From: a virus
Taxonomy: Duplodnaviria; Caudoviricetes
IMG/VR virus record: IMGVR_UViG_3300033076_000343
Span: 1 to 36,303 of that record
Reading direction: 5' to 3' (one strand)
Length of the DNA: 36,303 bases
Shown piece by piece: positions 7,251 to 15,861 of the stretch (positions are counted from its first letter, which is position 1; every line of letters starts with the position of its first letter). The position numbers and the translations under genes were made by a program. The notes beneath the pieces were generated by a model, which searched no databases, was not told the DNA's origin, and saw nothing but the letters and a program-made list of their open reading frames with translations.

Positions 7251-7265
7251 CGACCGATTGCCAGC

Positions 7266-7310
7266 CGATTGCGTGCCGCTCGCCGTCGATTGCGTGCCGA
7301 TTGCGTGCCG
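7266..7310 (+). repeat. Three copies of CGATTGCGTGCCG
   Basis: Copies start at 7266, 7287 and 7298. Confidence 0.85.
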
Positions 7311-7429
7311 CCGATAGGCGCTTGGCTATTAGGAAGGAATTCTCAGCTTGAGGGGGAGGGGGTAGGGCCCTGCGAAAGGGCCTTGAGTTTGGGCAGGTCT
7401 TACAAAAAATTTTTTTATTTTTTCTAAAG

Positions 7430-7458
7430 TTGCACCGCCCCCTGCAACACGCTACATT
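7430..7458 (+). promoter_or_regulatory. Rightward sigma70-like promoter for the packaging/structural operon
   Basis: TTGCAC-17 nt-TACATT preceded by an A/T tract. Confidence 0.55.
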
Positions 7459-7485
7459 ACAGATACTCACACAATGGAGGCCAAC

Positions 7486-7623
7486 ATGGCTAAACGCGCT
7501 GTCAGCAAAGCATTCGTCAAGGCAATGGAAAAGCAGTACCCGAAAGGTGCTACAATCACGCCAAACAAATCCGCGCCAAAAGCCAAGCCTGCCAAATCGG
7601 GTAAGTCTGGCAAAGGCTGCTGA
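7486..7623 (+). CDS. Small lysine-rich basic protein (45 aa)
   Basis: Not in the ORF track. GGAGG RBS; MAKRAVSKAFVKAMEKQYPKGATITPNKSAPKAKPAKSGKSGKGC; stop 2 nt before the next ATG. Confidence 0.7.
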   Translation: MAKRAVSKAFVKAMEKQYPKGATITPNKSAPKAKPAKSGKSGKGC

Positions 7624-7625
7624 TT

Positions 7626-8093
7626 ATGTTCGAGTCGCTCCCATACGAGCCACGCGAAATCAAAGCGACCGAGGCGCGGCTTCTTAAGATTTACGAAGCC
7701 GCCGCTAAAGGGCTGAAGGGTGACTCGTTGGCTTTAGCTGCGGGTATGATGCCTGTTGAGTATCGCCGCCTGTGTCAGCTTGACCCGATGGCCGAAATGG
7801 CTGAAATGAAGGGCCGCGCGGATGCGGAGCTTAAAGCTTCATCGGCGCTCCACAAAGCAGCCGACGAAGGCGACGCCAAGGCGGCGTTAGCGATCCTGCA
7901 ACACAGCCACGGCTGGACGGCCCGGCAGGAAATATCGGTTGATGTTTATCAGAAGATCAGCATCACGCAGGCGCTGTCTGACGCCAAGATGCGCGTGATA
8001 GAGGGAACCGCACATGGCGCAGATGCCAATCTACAACTCGACCGACGAGCAAACCTTGATGGCGACCTTGTGGTCGCCCCGTCTGGCGGATGA
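7626..8093 (+). CDS. terS: Putative terminase small subunit
   Basis: Position before TerL, size, helical N-terminus and GDAKAALAILQH oligomerisation-like segment. Confidence 0.65.
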   Translation: MFESLPYEPREIKATEARLLKIYEAAAKGLKGDSLALAAGMMPVEYRRLCQLDPMAEMAEMKGRADAELKASSALHKAADEGDAKAALAILQHSHGWTARQEISVDVYQKISITQALSDAKMRVIEGTAHGADANLQLDRRANLDGDLVVAPSGG

Positions 8094-9540
8094 CCCAGAA
8101 GCGTTTGTGCTCTTCGCGTTCCCGTGGGGGCAGCCAAACACACCACTCGCCAAGTTCTCGGGCCCGCGTCAGTGGCAGCGCGAGCGGCTCAGAGAAATAG
8201 CCGACCACATTAAGGCGAACAAAGGCCAGCTCCAGATGGACACCCTGCGCAAAGCGGTGTCGTCAGGCCGTGGTATCGGTAAGTCGGCCTTGGTTTCATG
8301 GCTGATCTTGTGGATGTTGACCACGCGGATTGGCTCGACCGTCATTGTGAGCGCCAACTCGGAAGCGCAGCTCCGGTCGGTGACGTGGGGCGAGTTGACC
8401 AAGTGGGCGGCGATGATCATCAACAGCCACTGGTGGGAAGTGTCAGCGACCAAACTGACGCCTGCCAAGTGGGTAAGCGAGCTGGTCGAGCGCGACTTGA
8501 AGAAGGGCACGCGTTATTGGGCCGCCGAGGGCAAACTGTGGTCGGAAGAGAATCCCGACAGCTATGCCGGTGTGCATAACCACGACGGCATGATGCTGAT
8601 CTTTGATGAGGCGAGCGGTATTCCCGACCCGATTTGGTCGGTCGGCGCGGGCTTCTTTACCGAAAACATCTTGGACAGGTATTGGTTCGCGTTCTCGAAC
8701 CCGCGCCGTAATCAGGGCTATTTTTTCGAGTGTTTCAATTCTAAACGCAATTTCTGGTCAACGACGCAGGTCGATGCGCGGACGGTCGAGGGCACCGACA
8801 AGCAGGTCTATGAGCAGATCATCGCGGAGTATGGCGAAGACTCGGCGCAGGCCAAGGTCGAGGTGTACGGCGAGTTCCCGTCAGAAGGCGACGATCAGTT
8901 CATCAGCCCGCACTTGGTGGACGAGGCTATGGCCCGGCCGCTCTACAAGGACATGACCGCACCCTTGGTCATGGGTATAGACCCGGCGCGCGGGGGCGCC
9001 GACTCGACGGTCATCGTGCTGCGGCGCGGTCGTGACCTGACGCTGGTCAAGCGGTTCCACGGCGAGGACACCATGATGGTCGTCGGCCGGATCATCGACA
9101 TGATCGAAGAGCACAAACCGACGCTGGTCGTGATGGACGAAGGCGGGCTGGGGTATGGTATTCTCGACCGGCTGAACGAGCAGCGATACAAGGTCAAAGG
9201 TGTGAATTTTGGCTGGAAGGCCAAGAACTCTATCATGTGGGGCAACAAGCGCGCCGAGATGTGGGGTGCGATGAAAGAATGGCTACGGACGGCGGCGGTG
9301 CCGCAAGACCGGCAATTGAAAGCAGACCTGACAGGCCCGTTGAAAAAGCCGAACTCTTCAGGTACAGTGTTTCTCGAAGGAAAGAAAGAGATGAAGGCAA
9401 GAGGATTAGCATCCCCCGACGCAGCCGACGCGCTCGCTGTGACGTTTGCTTATCCTGTCGCCCATCGTGAGGCCAAGGACTTGCCGACGCGCAAGTTTGG
9501 GTCTAATGCCGCAGTCGTTAACTCATGGATGGGAAGCTGA
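8014..9540 (+). CDS. terL: Terminase large subunit
   Basis: Walker A SGRGIGKS, Walker B LIFDEASG, motif III SNP, nuclease GIDPARGGAD...SPDAADALA. Confidence 0.95.
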   Translation: MAQMPIYNSTDEQTLMATLWSPRLADDPEAFVLFAFPWGQPNTPLAKFSGPRQWQRERLREIADHIKANKGQLQMDTLRKAVSSGRGIGKSALVSWLILWMLTTRIGSTVIVSANSEAQLRSVTWGELTKWAAMIINSHWWEVSATKLTPAKWVSELVERDLKKGTRYWAAEGKLWSEENPDSYAGVHNHDGMMLIFDEASGIPDPIWSVGAGFFTENILDRYWFAFSNPRRNQGYFFECFNSKRNFWSTTQVDARTVEGTDKQVYEQIIAEYGEDSAQAKVEVYGEFPSEGDDQFISPHLVDEAMARPLYKDMTAPLVMGIDPARGGADSTVIVLRRGRDLTLVKRFHGEDTMMVVGRIIDMIEEHKPTLVVMDEGGLGYGILDRLNEQRYKVKGVNFGWKAKNSIMWGNKRAEMWGAMKEWLRTAAVPQDRQLKADLTGPLKKPNSSGTVFLEGKKEMKARGLASPDAADALAVTFAYPVAHREAKDLPTRKFGSNAAVVNSWMGS

Positions 9541-9542
9541 CC

Positions 9543-9686
9543 ATGCCGCTCAAGAAATCAAATAGCAAAGCCGCCTTCAAGTCTAACATCAAAACTGAGA
9601 TGGCGCATGGCAAGCCTCAAAAGCAGGCGGTTGCCATCGCCTATGCCATGAAGCGGGAAGCCGCATCGAAGAAAAAAGGCAAATGA
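9543..9686 (+). CDS. Small basic phage protein (47 aa)
   Basis: Not in the ORF track. MPLKKSNSKAAFKSNIKTEMAHGKPQKQAVAIAYAMKREAASKKKGK, a pattern I recognise from phage head-gene regions. Confidence 0.8.
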   Translation: MPLKKSNSKAAFKSNIKTEMAHGKPQKQAVAIAYAMKREAASKKKGK

Positions 9687-9703
9687 TTGCCCGCGCAGGC
9701 AAC

Positions 9704-9738
9704 GGCGCAGCGGCGATCCCCTCCCGCGCCGCTGCGCC
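9704..9738. other. Perfect 12-bp GC hairpin upstream of portal
   Basis: GGCGCAGCGGCG-11 nt-CGCCGCTGCGCC; no U-tract. Confidence 0.6.
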
Positions 9739-9767
9739 AACCTCTCACCTAACCTGTCAGGTACGCT

Positions 9768-11927
9768 ATGAGCACTAAACAAGACGTTATCGACACGAAA
9801 GACAACAAAGACGTTCTCGATACGATGCGTAGCCGCCTGACAATGGCGATTGGTGCGTACTCTGACAGCCGCGAAGACGAGCTGGACGACCTGCGGTTTT
9901 ATGCCGGTTCGCCTGACAACCAGTGGCAATGGCCTGCTGACGTGTTGGCGACCCGTGGCTCGGTGCAGGGCCAAACAATCAACGCGCGGCCCTCTCTGAC
10001 AATCAACAAGCTGCCGCAGCACGTCCGTCAGGTGACGAACGACCAGCGCCAGAACCGCCCGAGCGGCAAGGTGATCCCTGCGGATGACCGTGCTGATCCT
10101 GCGGTTGCAGAGATTTTTGACGGTATGGTGCGGCACATTGAGTATATGTCCGACGCCGACGTGGCCTATGACACTGCGTGCGAAAACCAAGTTGCGTATG
10201 GCGAGGGTTACATTCGCCTTTTGACTGAGTATTGCGGCGACGACACGTTCGATCAGGACATCAAGATCGGCCGCATTCGTAACTCGTTCTCGGTTTACAT
10301 GGATCCAACGATCCAAGACCCGTGCGGCTCGGACGCCAAGTGGTGCTTCATCACGGAAGACCTGACACGCGACGAGTATGAGCGCCAGTTCCCGAACGCG
10401 CAGCCTGTCACGTCGATTTTGTCGTCCGGTATTGGCGATCAGTCGCTGTCGAATTGGGTAAACGAAAACACGGTTCGCATCGCCGAGTATTTTTACATCG
10501 AATACGAGCCAATTAAGCTGAATTTGTACCCCGGCAATCAGTCTTTCTTTGAAGGCTCGCCGGAAGACAAGATGATGAAGGCCAACGGCCTGAAACCATC
10601 AAAAACACGCGTTGTGCAGCGCAAAAAAGTCAAATGGTGCAAGACAAACGGCTACGAAATGCTTGAAGAACGCGATTGGGCAGGGCAGTACATCCCCGTC
10701 ATCCGCGTGATCGGCAACGAATTTGAGGTTGATGGGCAGATTTACATCTCCGGCCTTGTTCGTAACGCCAAAGATGCCCAGCGTATGTATAACTATTGGG
10801 TATCTCAAGAGGCAGAAATGCTGGCTTTGGCCCCGAAAGCGCCTTTTATCGGCTACGGCGGTCAGTTTGAGGGCTATGAGCAGCAGTGGAAGACGGCCAA
10901 CACGACAAATTGGCCGTATTTGGAGGTCAATCCTGATGTTACAGATGGTCAAGGCTCCGTTCTCCCTCTTCCGATGCGCGCTCAACCGCCTATGGCTCAA
11001 AATGGCCTTATTCAGGCTAAAATGGGTGCTTCTGATGACATTAAAGCCACGACCGGTCAGTATGACTCAAGTCTTGGCCAGACATCCAACGAGCGTTCAG
11101 GTAAAGCTATTCTGGCGCGCGAACGTCAGACCGACACTGGCACGTATCATTACGTGGACAACCTCGCTCGGGCAATCCGCTACACAACGCGTCAGATCGT
11201 TGACCTCATCCCTAAGATTTACGACACTCAACGTGTTGCTCGTATCATTAACCTTGATGGCGAAACGAGCATGGTCAAGATCGACCCGACGCAATCCGAG
11301 CCGATGAAGAAAATTACTGACCCGAACAACCCCGACATTGTGATCGACAAGATTTACAATCCGGGCGTCGGTAAGTACGATGTCGTTGTGACCACGGGCC
11401 CGAGCTACATGACAAAACGTCAGGAAGCTCTGGAGTCAATGGCACAACTTCTTCAGGCCAACCCGCAGCTTTGGGCAGTCGCAGGCGATCTGTTCGTCAA
11501 GCACATGGATTGGCCCGGCTCGCAAGAGCTGGCCAAGCGCCTTGCCAAGACAATCGACCCAAAGATTTTGCAGGACAGCGACAAGTCCCCGCAGCTTCAG
11601 GCCGCCGAGCAGCAGATACAGGCGATGGGTCAAGAACTCGACCAAGTTCACCAGATGCTCCAGAAGGTCAATCAGTCCGTCGAAGTTCAGGATATGCAGG
11701 TCAAGGAGTTTGAAGCCGCGATCAAGGCTTACGACGCCGAAACCAAGCGCATTTCGGCCGTTCAGGCCGGTATGTCGCCGGAGCAAATCCAAGACATCGT
11801 GCTAGGAACTTTGCACGGCATGATTACGAGCGGCGATCTGGTCGGCATGATGCCTGCGGCCGAGCTGCCCGGCGAAGCTGAACCGCCGCAAGTTGAAACA
11901 CCGCCACAAGGGATGATGCCGTCATGA
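9768..11927 (+). CDS. Portal protein, P22-like
   Basis: 719 aa after TerL; QWP, RPSLTINKL, GLVRNAKDAQRMYNYW, SGKAILAR; Q-rich C-terminal barrel region. Confidence 0.92.
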   Translation: MSTKQDVIDTKDNKDVLDTMRSRLTMAIGAYSDSREDELDDLRFYAGSPDNQWQWPADVLATRGSVQGQTINARPSLTINKLPQHVRQVTNDQRQNRPSGKVIPADDRADPAVAEIFDGMVRHIEYMSDADVAYDTACENQVAYGEGYIRLLTEYCGDDTFDQDIKIGRIRNSFSVYMDPTIQDPCGSDAKWCFITEDLTRDEYERQFPNAQPVTSILSSGIGDQSLSNWVNENTVRIAEYFYIEYEPIKLNLYPGNQSFFEGSPEDKMMKANGLKPSKTRVVQRKKVKWCKTNGYEMLEERDWAGQYIPVIRVIGNEFEVDGQIYISGLVRNAKDAQRMYNYWVSQEAEMLALAPKAPFIGYGGQFEGYEQQWKTANTTNWPYLEVNPDVTDGQGSVLPLPMRAQPPMAQNGLIQAKMGASDDIKATTGQYDSSLGQTSNERSGKAILARERQTDTGTYHYVDNLARAIRYTTRQIVDLIPKIYDTQRVARIINLDGETSMVKIDPTQSEPMKKITDPNNPDIVIDKIYNPGVGKYDVVVTTGPSYMTKRQEALESMAQLLQANPQLWAVAGDLFVKHMDWPGSQELAKRLAKTIDPKILQDSDKSPQLQAAEQQIQAMGQELDQVHQMLQKVNQSVEVQDMQVKEFEAAIKAYDAETKRISAVQAGMSPEQIQDIVLGTLHGMITSGDLVGMMPAAELPGEAEPPQVETPPQGMMPS

Positions 11928-12286
11928 AGTGCGCAGAATTTATAGGGATGTTGTTTTTGGCTCGCGATGTTACGCACTCAGTGCATCTCAACACGCGGAG
12001 CTATGCAAAACATAAGGCTCTCGGGCATTTTTACAGCGGTATTGTTGATCTGGCGGATGGTTTTGCCGAAGCCTATCAGGGCCGTCACGGCCTTATAGGT
12101 GGAATTTCGCTTCAATCGCACAACAAAACCGCCAATGTGGTTGATTTTCTTCAAAATCAGTTGGATGAGATTGAAAAAGTGCGTTACGATGTCGTTCCTA
12201 AGACAGATACCGCGCTTCAAAACCTGATCGACGGCATTGTTGAGCTGTATTTGACAACGCTCTACAAGCTCCGCTTCCTCTCATAA
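11924..12286 (+). CDS. Ferritin/Dps-like four-helix protein (DUF5856-like)
   Basis: HSVHLNTRSYAKHKALGHFY...DGFAEAYQG...TLYKLRFL. Confidence 0.7.
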   Translation: MKCAEFIGMLFLARDVTHSVHLNTRSYAKHKALGHFYSGIVDLADGFAEAYQGRHGLIGGISLQSHNKTANVVDFLQNQLDEIEKVRYDVVPKTDTALQNLIDGIVELYLTTLYKLRFLS

Positions 12287-12295
12287 GGCACGCAC

Positions 12296-12763
12296 ATGGC
12301 GATTACAGTCACCCACTCGACGCCTGCCGACGGTACGTTTAGCGCGACAGGCGCGGCGGCGTGGAACGCTGACCACACGCTAACGGGGTTTGACAACCTT
12401 TCCACGTCGGCTATCGGCTACACATTCAACGGTAACGGCGCGGCGCTCACGACAGGCTTGATTGGTGTCGGCCTGCGCGTGCCGTTTGACTGCACAATCA
12501 ACTCGGCCACGCTTTTAGCGGATCAGACCGGCAGCATTGTCGTAGACATCTGGAAAGACAGCTACGCAAATTATCCGCCGACGGTTGCCGACAGCATTTG
12601 CGCGTCGGCCAAACCGACCATATCTTCGGGCGTGAAGTCGGAAAACACGACGCTGACCGGATGGACGACAAGTGTGACGGCAGGCGACGTGTTGTACTTC
12701 AACATTGACAGTTGCAGCACGATTACGAGCTGTGTTCTCATCTTGAAGGTAACAAAATCATGA
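12296..12763 (+). CDS. Putative virion protein (beta-rich)
   Basis: 155 aa, Thr-rich; AWNADH and GSIVVDIWK...GDVLYFNIDS segments. Confidence 0.6.
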   Translation: MAITVTHSTPADGTFSATGAAAWNADHTLTGFDNLSTSAIGYTFNGNGAALTTGLIGVGLRVPFDCTINSATLLADQTGSIVVDIWKDSYANYPPTVADSICASAKPTISSGVKSENTTLTGWTTSVTAGDVLYFNIDSCSTITSCVLILKVTKS

Positions 12764-13071
12764 TAAATGCTGACGGAACAGAGTCATTCCGGTACGCCGT
12801 TCTTGACCAGAACGGGGTAAAATTGAACGGAATTATGGTCGATAATCCGTATCCGCAGGACTATTGGCCGGGCTATGGCCGCTACATCACCTGCGAGTAT
12901 GGCGAGCCTGACCCGACCCCTCCGGTCAATCTCGAGATTAAGCAGCCGCCGCGTGAGTTCACGTATTTGCTCGTGCGGCCTGATGCTCCGATGAATATCG
13001 GCGACACGATGGATTTAGCAACCGGTCACGTCGCACCGGCCCCACAACCTGACCCTCCACCGGAGGCTTAA
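12760..13071 (+). CDS. Hypothetical Pro-rich protein (possible fibre assembly partner)
   Basis: ATGA-coupled start at 12760 and TAATG-coupled to the first Gly-rich gene. Confidence 0.6.
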   Translation: MINADGTESFRYAVLDQNGVKLNGIMVDNPYPQDYWPGYGRYITCEYGEPDPTPPVNLEIKQPPREFTYLLVRPDAPMNIGDTMDLATGHVAPAPQPDPPPEA

Positions 13072-13973
13072 TGAGCACTGACGTCCAAATTTTCACGTCA
13101 GGTTCGGGCAACTGGACAAAACCGTCATGGGCAACGCTTGTGACGGTTATTTGCGTTGGAGGCGGTGGCGGCGGAGGAGGAGGAGATACGGCTGCGGGTG
13201 GAACGGCTATTTCTGGAGGAGCTGGAGGGGGAGGGGCATCCCTTACCCGCGCAACATATCTTGCATCATCACTTGGCTCAACCGAACCGTATTCTGTTGC
13301 ATCTGGAGGAGCAGCCGGAACGGCAGGAGCAACTGGAACAGGTGCTGGTGGAGGAACGGGCGGTCAAGGCGGCGGATCAACATTTGGCGGAAATGTTCTG
13401 ACAACAATTCAATATTCTTACGGCGGCGGAGGCGGGGCAGGAGGAAATGCTGGAACTGCTGGCGGTGGCGGAGGGGCGGGTCTAGCTGGAGCTGGTGGTA
13501 ATGCCTCAGGCGCAACAAATGGAACAGCAGGAGCAAATGGCGGAGTAACCAGCACTTCAACGCAAAATAATTTGGGCGGTGGATTTGGCTATCAAGCTAC
13601 GACAACAGGCGGAGGCACAGCGGCATCCGCAACGATAATGGGCGCATCTGGTGGTGGGTTTGGAGGAAATAAAACCGGCGTTCCAGCATATGGAAATGGA
13701 GGCGCATCAGCCCAAGTTCACACATCAATTCTTGACGCTGCTGCGGCGGGATTAACCACCGGTATCGGCCCGTTTGTTGGCGGTCGAGGAAACATGACGT
13801 TTGCGGGAGCGGGCGGTGGCGGTGGCGGAGCAAGTGCTACAGCAGCATTTGCTGGGGCAACTGGCGGTTTTCCCGGTGGTGGAGGCGGGGGAGGCGGATC
13901 GAGCATCAACACTGGTGTTGCGGCAGCGGGCGGGGCTGGTGGTTCGGGCGTAGTGATTGTGATTAGCCAATGA
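13071..13973 (+). CDS. Glycine-rich domain protein, type A copy 1
   Basis: QIFTSGSGNWTKP..VTVICVGGGGGGGGG...GGAGGSGVVIVISQ (Gly_rich_2-like). Confidence 0.85.
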   Translation: MSTDVQIFTSGSGNWTKPSWATLVTVICVGGGGGGGGGDTAAGGTAISGGAGGGGASLTRATYLASSLGSTEPYSVASGGAAGTAGATGTGAGGGTGGQGGGSTFGGNVLTTIQYSYGGGGGAGGNAGTAGGGGGAGLAGAGGNASGATNGTAGANGGVTSTSTQNNLGGGFGYQATTTGGGTAASATIMGASGGGFGGNKTGVPAYGNGGASAQVHTSILDAAAAGLTTGIGPFVGGRGNMTFAGAGGGGGGASATAAFAGATGGFPGGGGGGGGSSINTGVAAAGGAGGSGVVIVISQ

Positions 13974-14947
13974 CACAAAGTTCTCAGATCAAAGTTGAAA
14001 AATTCACTTCTGGCTCCGGCACATGGACAAAAGAGTCATGGGCGCAGATGATCCGTCTTGTCTTGATTGGCGGTGGAGGAAGCGGCGGCGGCGGCGGGAA
14101 AAATAGCGGCGCTGGTGCTGGCGGCGGTGGTGGCGGTGGCGGCGGCGGTGTTTTAGATGTTACGTTTGCCGCATCTCAATTCGGGGCAACGGAAACTTAT
14201 TCCGTTGCTGCATCTGTTAACGGGGGCAATGGCGCCACCAGTAGCACTTCTTCGCCGGGGGCTGGCGGCAACAGCACTACATTCACGATTGGCTCTGGGG
14301 CTACAACACTAATTGCGTATGGCGGTGGCGGCGGTGGGGCTAATAGTGGCGGAAACGGCGGTGGTGGCGGTGGCGGAGCGGGGCTGTCGGGTTCAGGTGG
14401 CTCCACTACGACCAACACCGCAGGAACACCGGGGGCAAACAATGGTGGCCCCGCGTCTCAAAGCGGTTCAACCGCTCCAGCTAGCACGTCGATCCAAGGC
14501 GGGGGTGGTGGCGGCTCAGGCGGAAACACAACAGCGGGGGGTGGGTCTGCCCCTTTTGGAGCAGGTGGCGGTGGCGGAGGCGGGCAAAAAACTTCTGGTG
14601 GCGCGTTTAATAGCGGCGGCGCAGGCGGTGCATCGCGTTTTATCGCAGGCGGCGCGGCAGGAGTGGCTAGCGGTTCATTAAACGGCGTTGCCGGAAAAGA
14701 CAGCTTTGCCGCAGCGCCGGGGTCTGCTGGCGGTGGGGGGGCTGCGGACGCTACATCCGCTACATCCGCAGGCAACGGTGGTGATGGCGGGGTGCCCGGC
14801 GGCGCTGGCGGAGGCGGAGGCGCAACAGGCAATGCTTCTGCAACCGGAGGTGCAGGAGGTGCAGGCGCTCGCGGCGAAATTTGGGTTATATCGTATGAAA
14901 GCCCATCACAAATTATCACAACCGGAAATGCTTGGGTGTCAGGATGA
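13970..14947 (+). CDS. Glycine-rich domain protein, type B copy 1
   Basis: KFTSGSGTWTKESWAQMIRLVLIGGGGSGGGG...GARGEIWVISY. Confidence 0.85.
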   Translation: MTQSSQIKVEKFTSGSGTWTKESWAQMIRLVLIGGGGSGGGGGKNSGAGAGGGGGGGGGGVLDVTFAASQFGATETYSVAASVNGGNGATSSTSSPGAGGNSTTFTIGSGATTLIAYGGGGGGANSGGNGGGGGGGAGLSGSGGSTTTNTAGTPGANNGGPASQSGSTAPASTSIQGGGGGGSGGNTTAGGGSAPFGAGGGGGGGQKTSGGAFNSGGAGGASRFIAGGAAGVASGSLNGVAGKDSFAAAPGSAGGGGAADATSATSAGNGGDGGVPGGAGGGGGATGNASATGGAGGAGARGEIWVISYESPSQIITTGNAWVSG

Positions 14948-15861
14948 GTTTAGACGTTCAAATATATACATCCGGTTCCGGTAACTGGACAAAGCCAACT
15001 TGGGCTACGATTGTCCGCGTCATCACAATTGGCGCTGGCGGCGGCGGCGGCGGCGGTAACACGGCTGCATCGGCTACGGCTGTCTCGGGTGGCGGCGGCG
15101 GTGGCGGGGCGTCCCGCATTGAACGTATCTATTTGGCATCGTCTCTTGGCTCGACTGAACCATATTCTGTCGCATCCGCCGGAACGGCTGGAACTGCGGG
15201 GGGTGGAAACGGCGGCGGCGGCGGTAACTCGACTTTTGGCGGTAACGTCATGACCACTGTGCAGACTGGATATGGCGGCGGGGGAGGGGCTGGTGGGAGT
15301 AGCGCATTACAATACGCAGCGGGCGGCGGTGGTGCGGGCATGGCAGGAGCAGGAGGTAATGCCTCAGGAAATACGGCGGGAGCCGCTGGTGTAAATGGCG
15401 GAATTGTAGGAGCCATTAATGGTAGCGCGGGCAATATAAACACAAATTTAGGAGGCGGCGCCGGAGGGTCTTCAAATTTTTCTGGTGGGTCATTTACGGG
15501 TGCAGGCGGCGCTTCTATTTCAGGGGGGAGCGGCGGCGGCGCTGGAGCGTCTAAAAGTGTTGCTCCTGCGTATTTTACTGCTGCTGGCGGCGGTCAGTGT
15601 CGTGCAAGTATGCTTGATAACGGAGTAGGAGGAACATCGACAACAGGTTCTGTCAATGGATACGCGGGCGCTCGCGGCGCACTTGGTTTCTGCGGTTCTG
15701 GTGGCGGTGGTGGTGGGTCTAACGCAACAACGGCAGGAACAGGCGGTAACGGTGGGTTCCCCGGCGGCGGGGCGGGTGGCGGAGGATCATCAATTACAGG
15801 CGGAACGTCTGGTGCAGGCGGAGCAGGAGGCGGTGGCGTTGTCATCGTGATCAGCCAATGA
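14944..15861 (+). CDS. Glycine-rich domain protein, type A copy 2
   Basis: MSLDVQIYTSGSGNWTKP...GVVIVISQ; ATGA-coupled. Confidence 0.85.
   Translation: MSLDVQIYTSGSGNWTKPTWATIVRVITIGAGGGGGGGNTAASATAVSGGGGGGGASRIERIYLASSLGSTEPYSVASAGTAGTAGGGNGGGGGNSTFGGNVMTTVQTGYGGGGGAGGSSALQYAAGGGGAGMAGAGGNASGNTAGAAGVNGGIVGAINGSAGNINTNLGGGAGGSSNFSGGSFTGAGGASISGGSGGGAGASKSVAPAYFTAAGGGQCRASMLDNGVGGTSTTGSVNGYAGARGALGFCGSGGGGGGSNATTAGTGGNGGFPGGGAGGGGSSITGGTSGAGGAGGGGVVIVISQ

Noticed and set aside
6664-7470. ORFs 6664-6846 (+), 7132-7470 (-) and 7430-7687 (+)
   Set aside because: They run through promoter and repeat DNA, lack an RBS, and conflict with better small ORFs.
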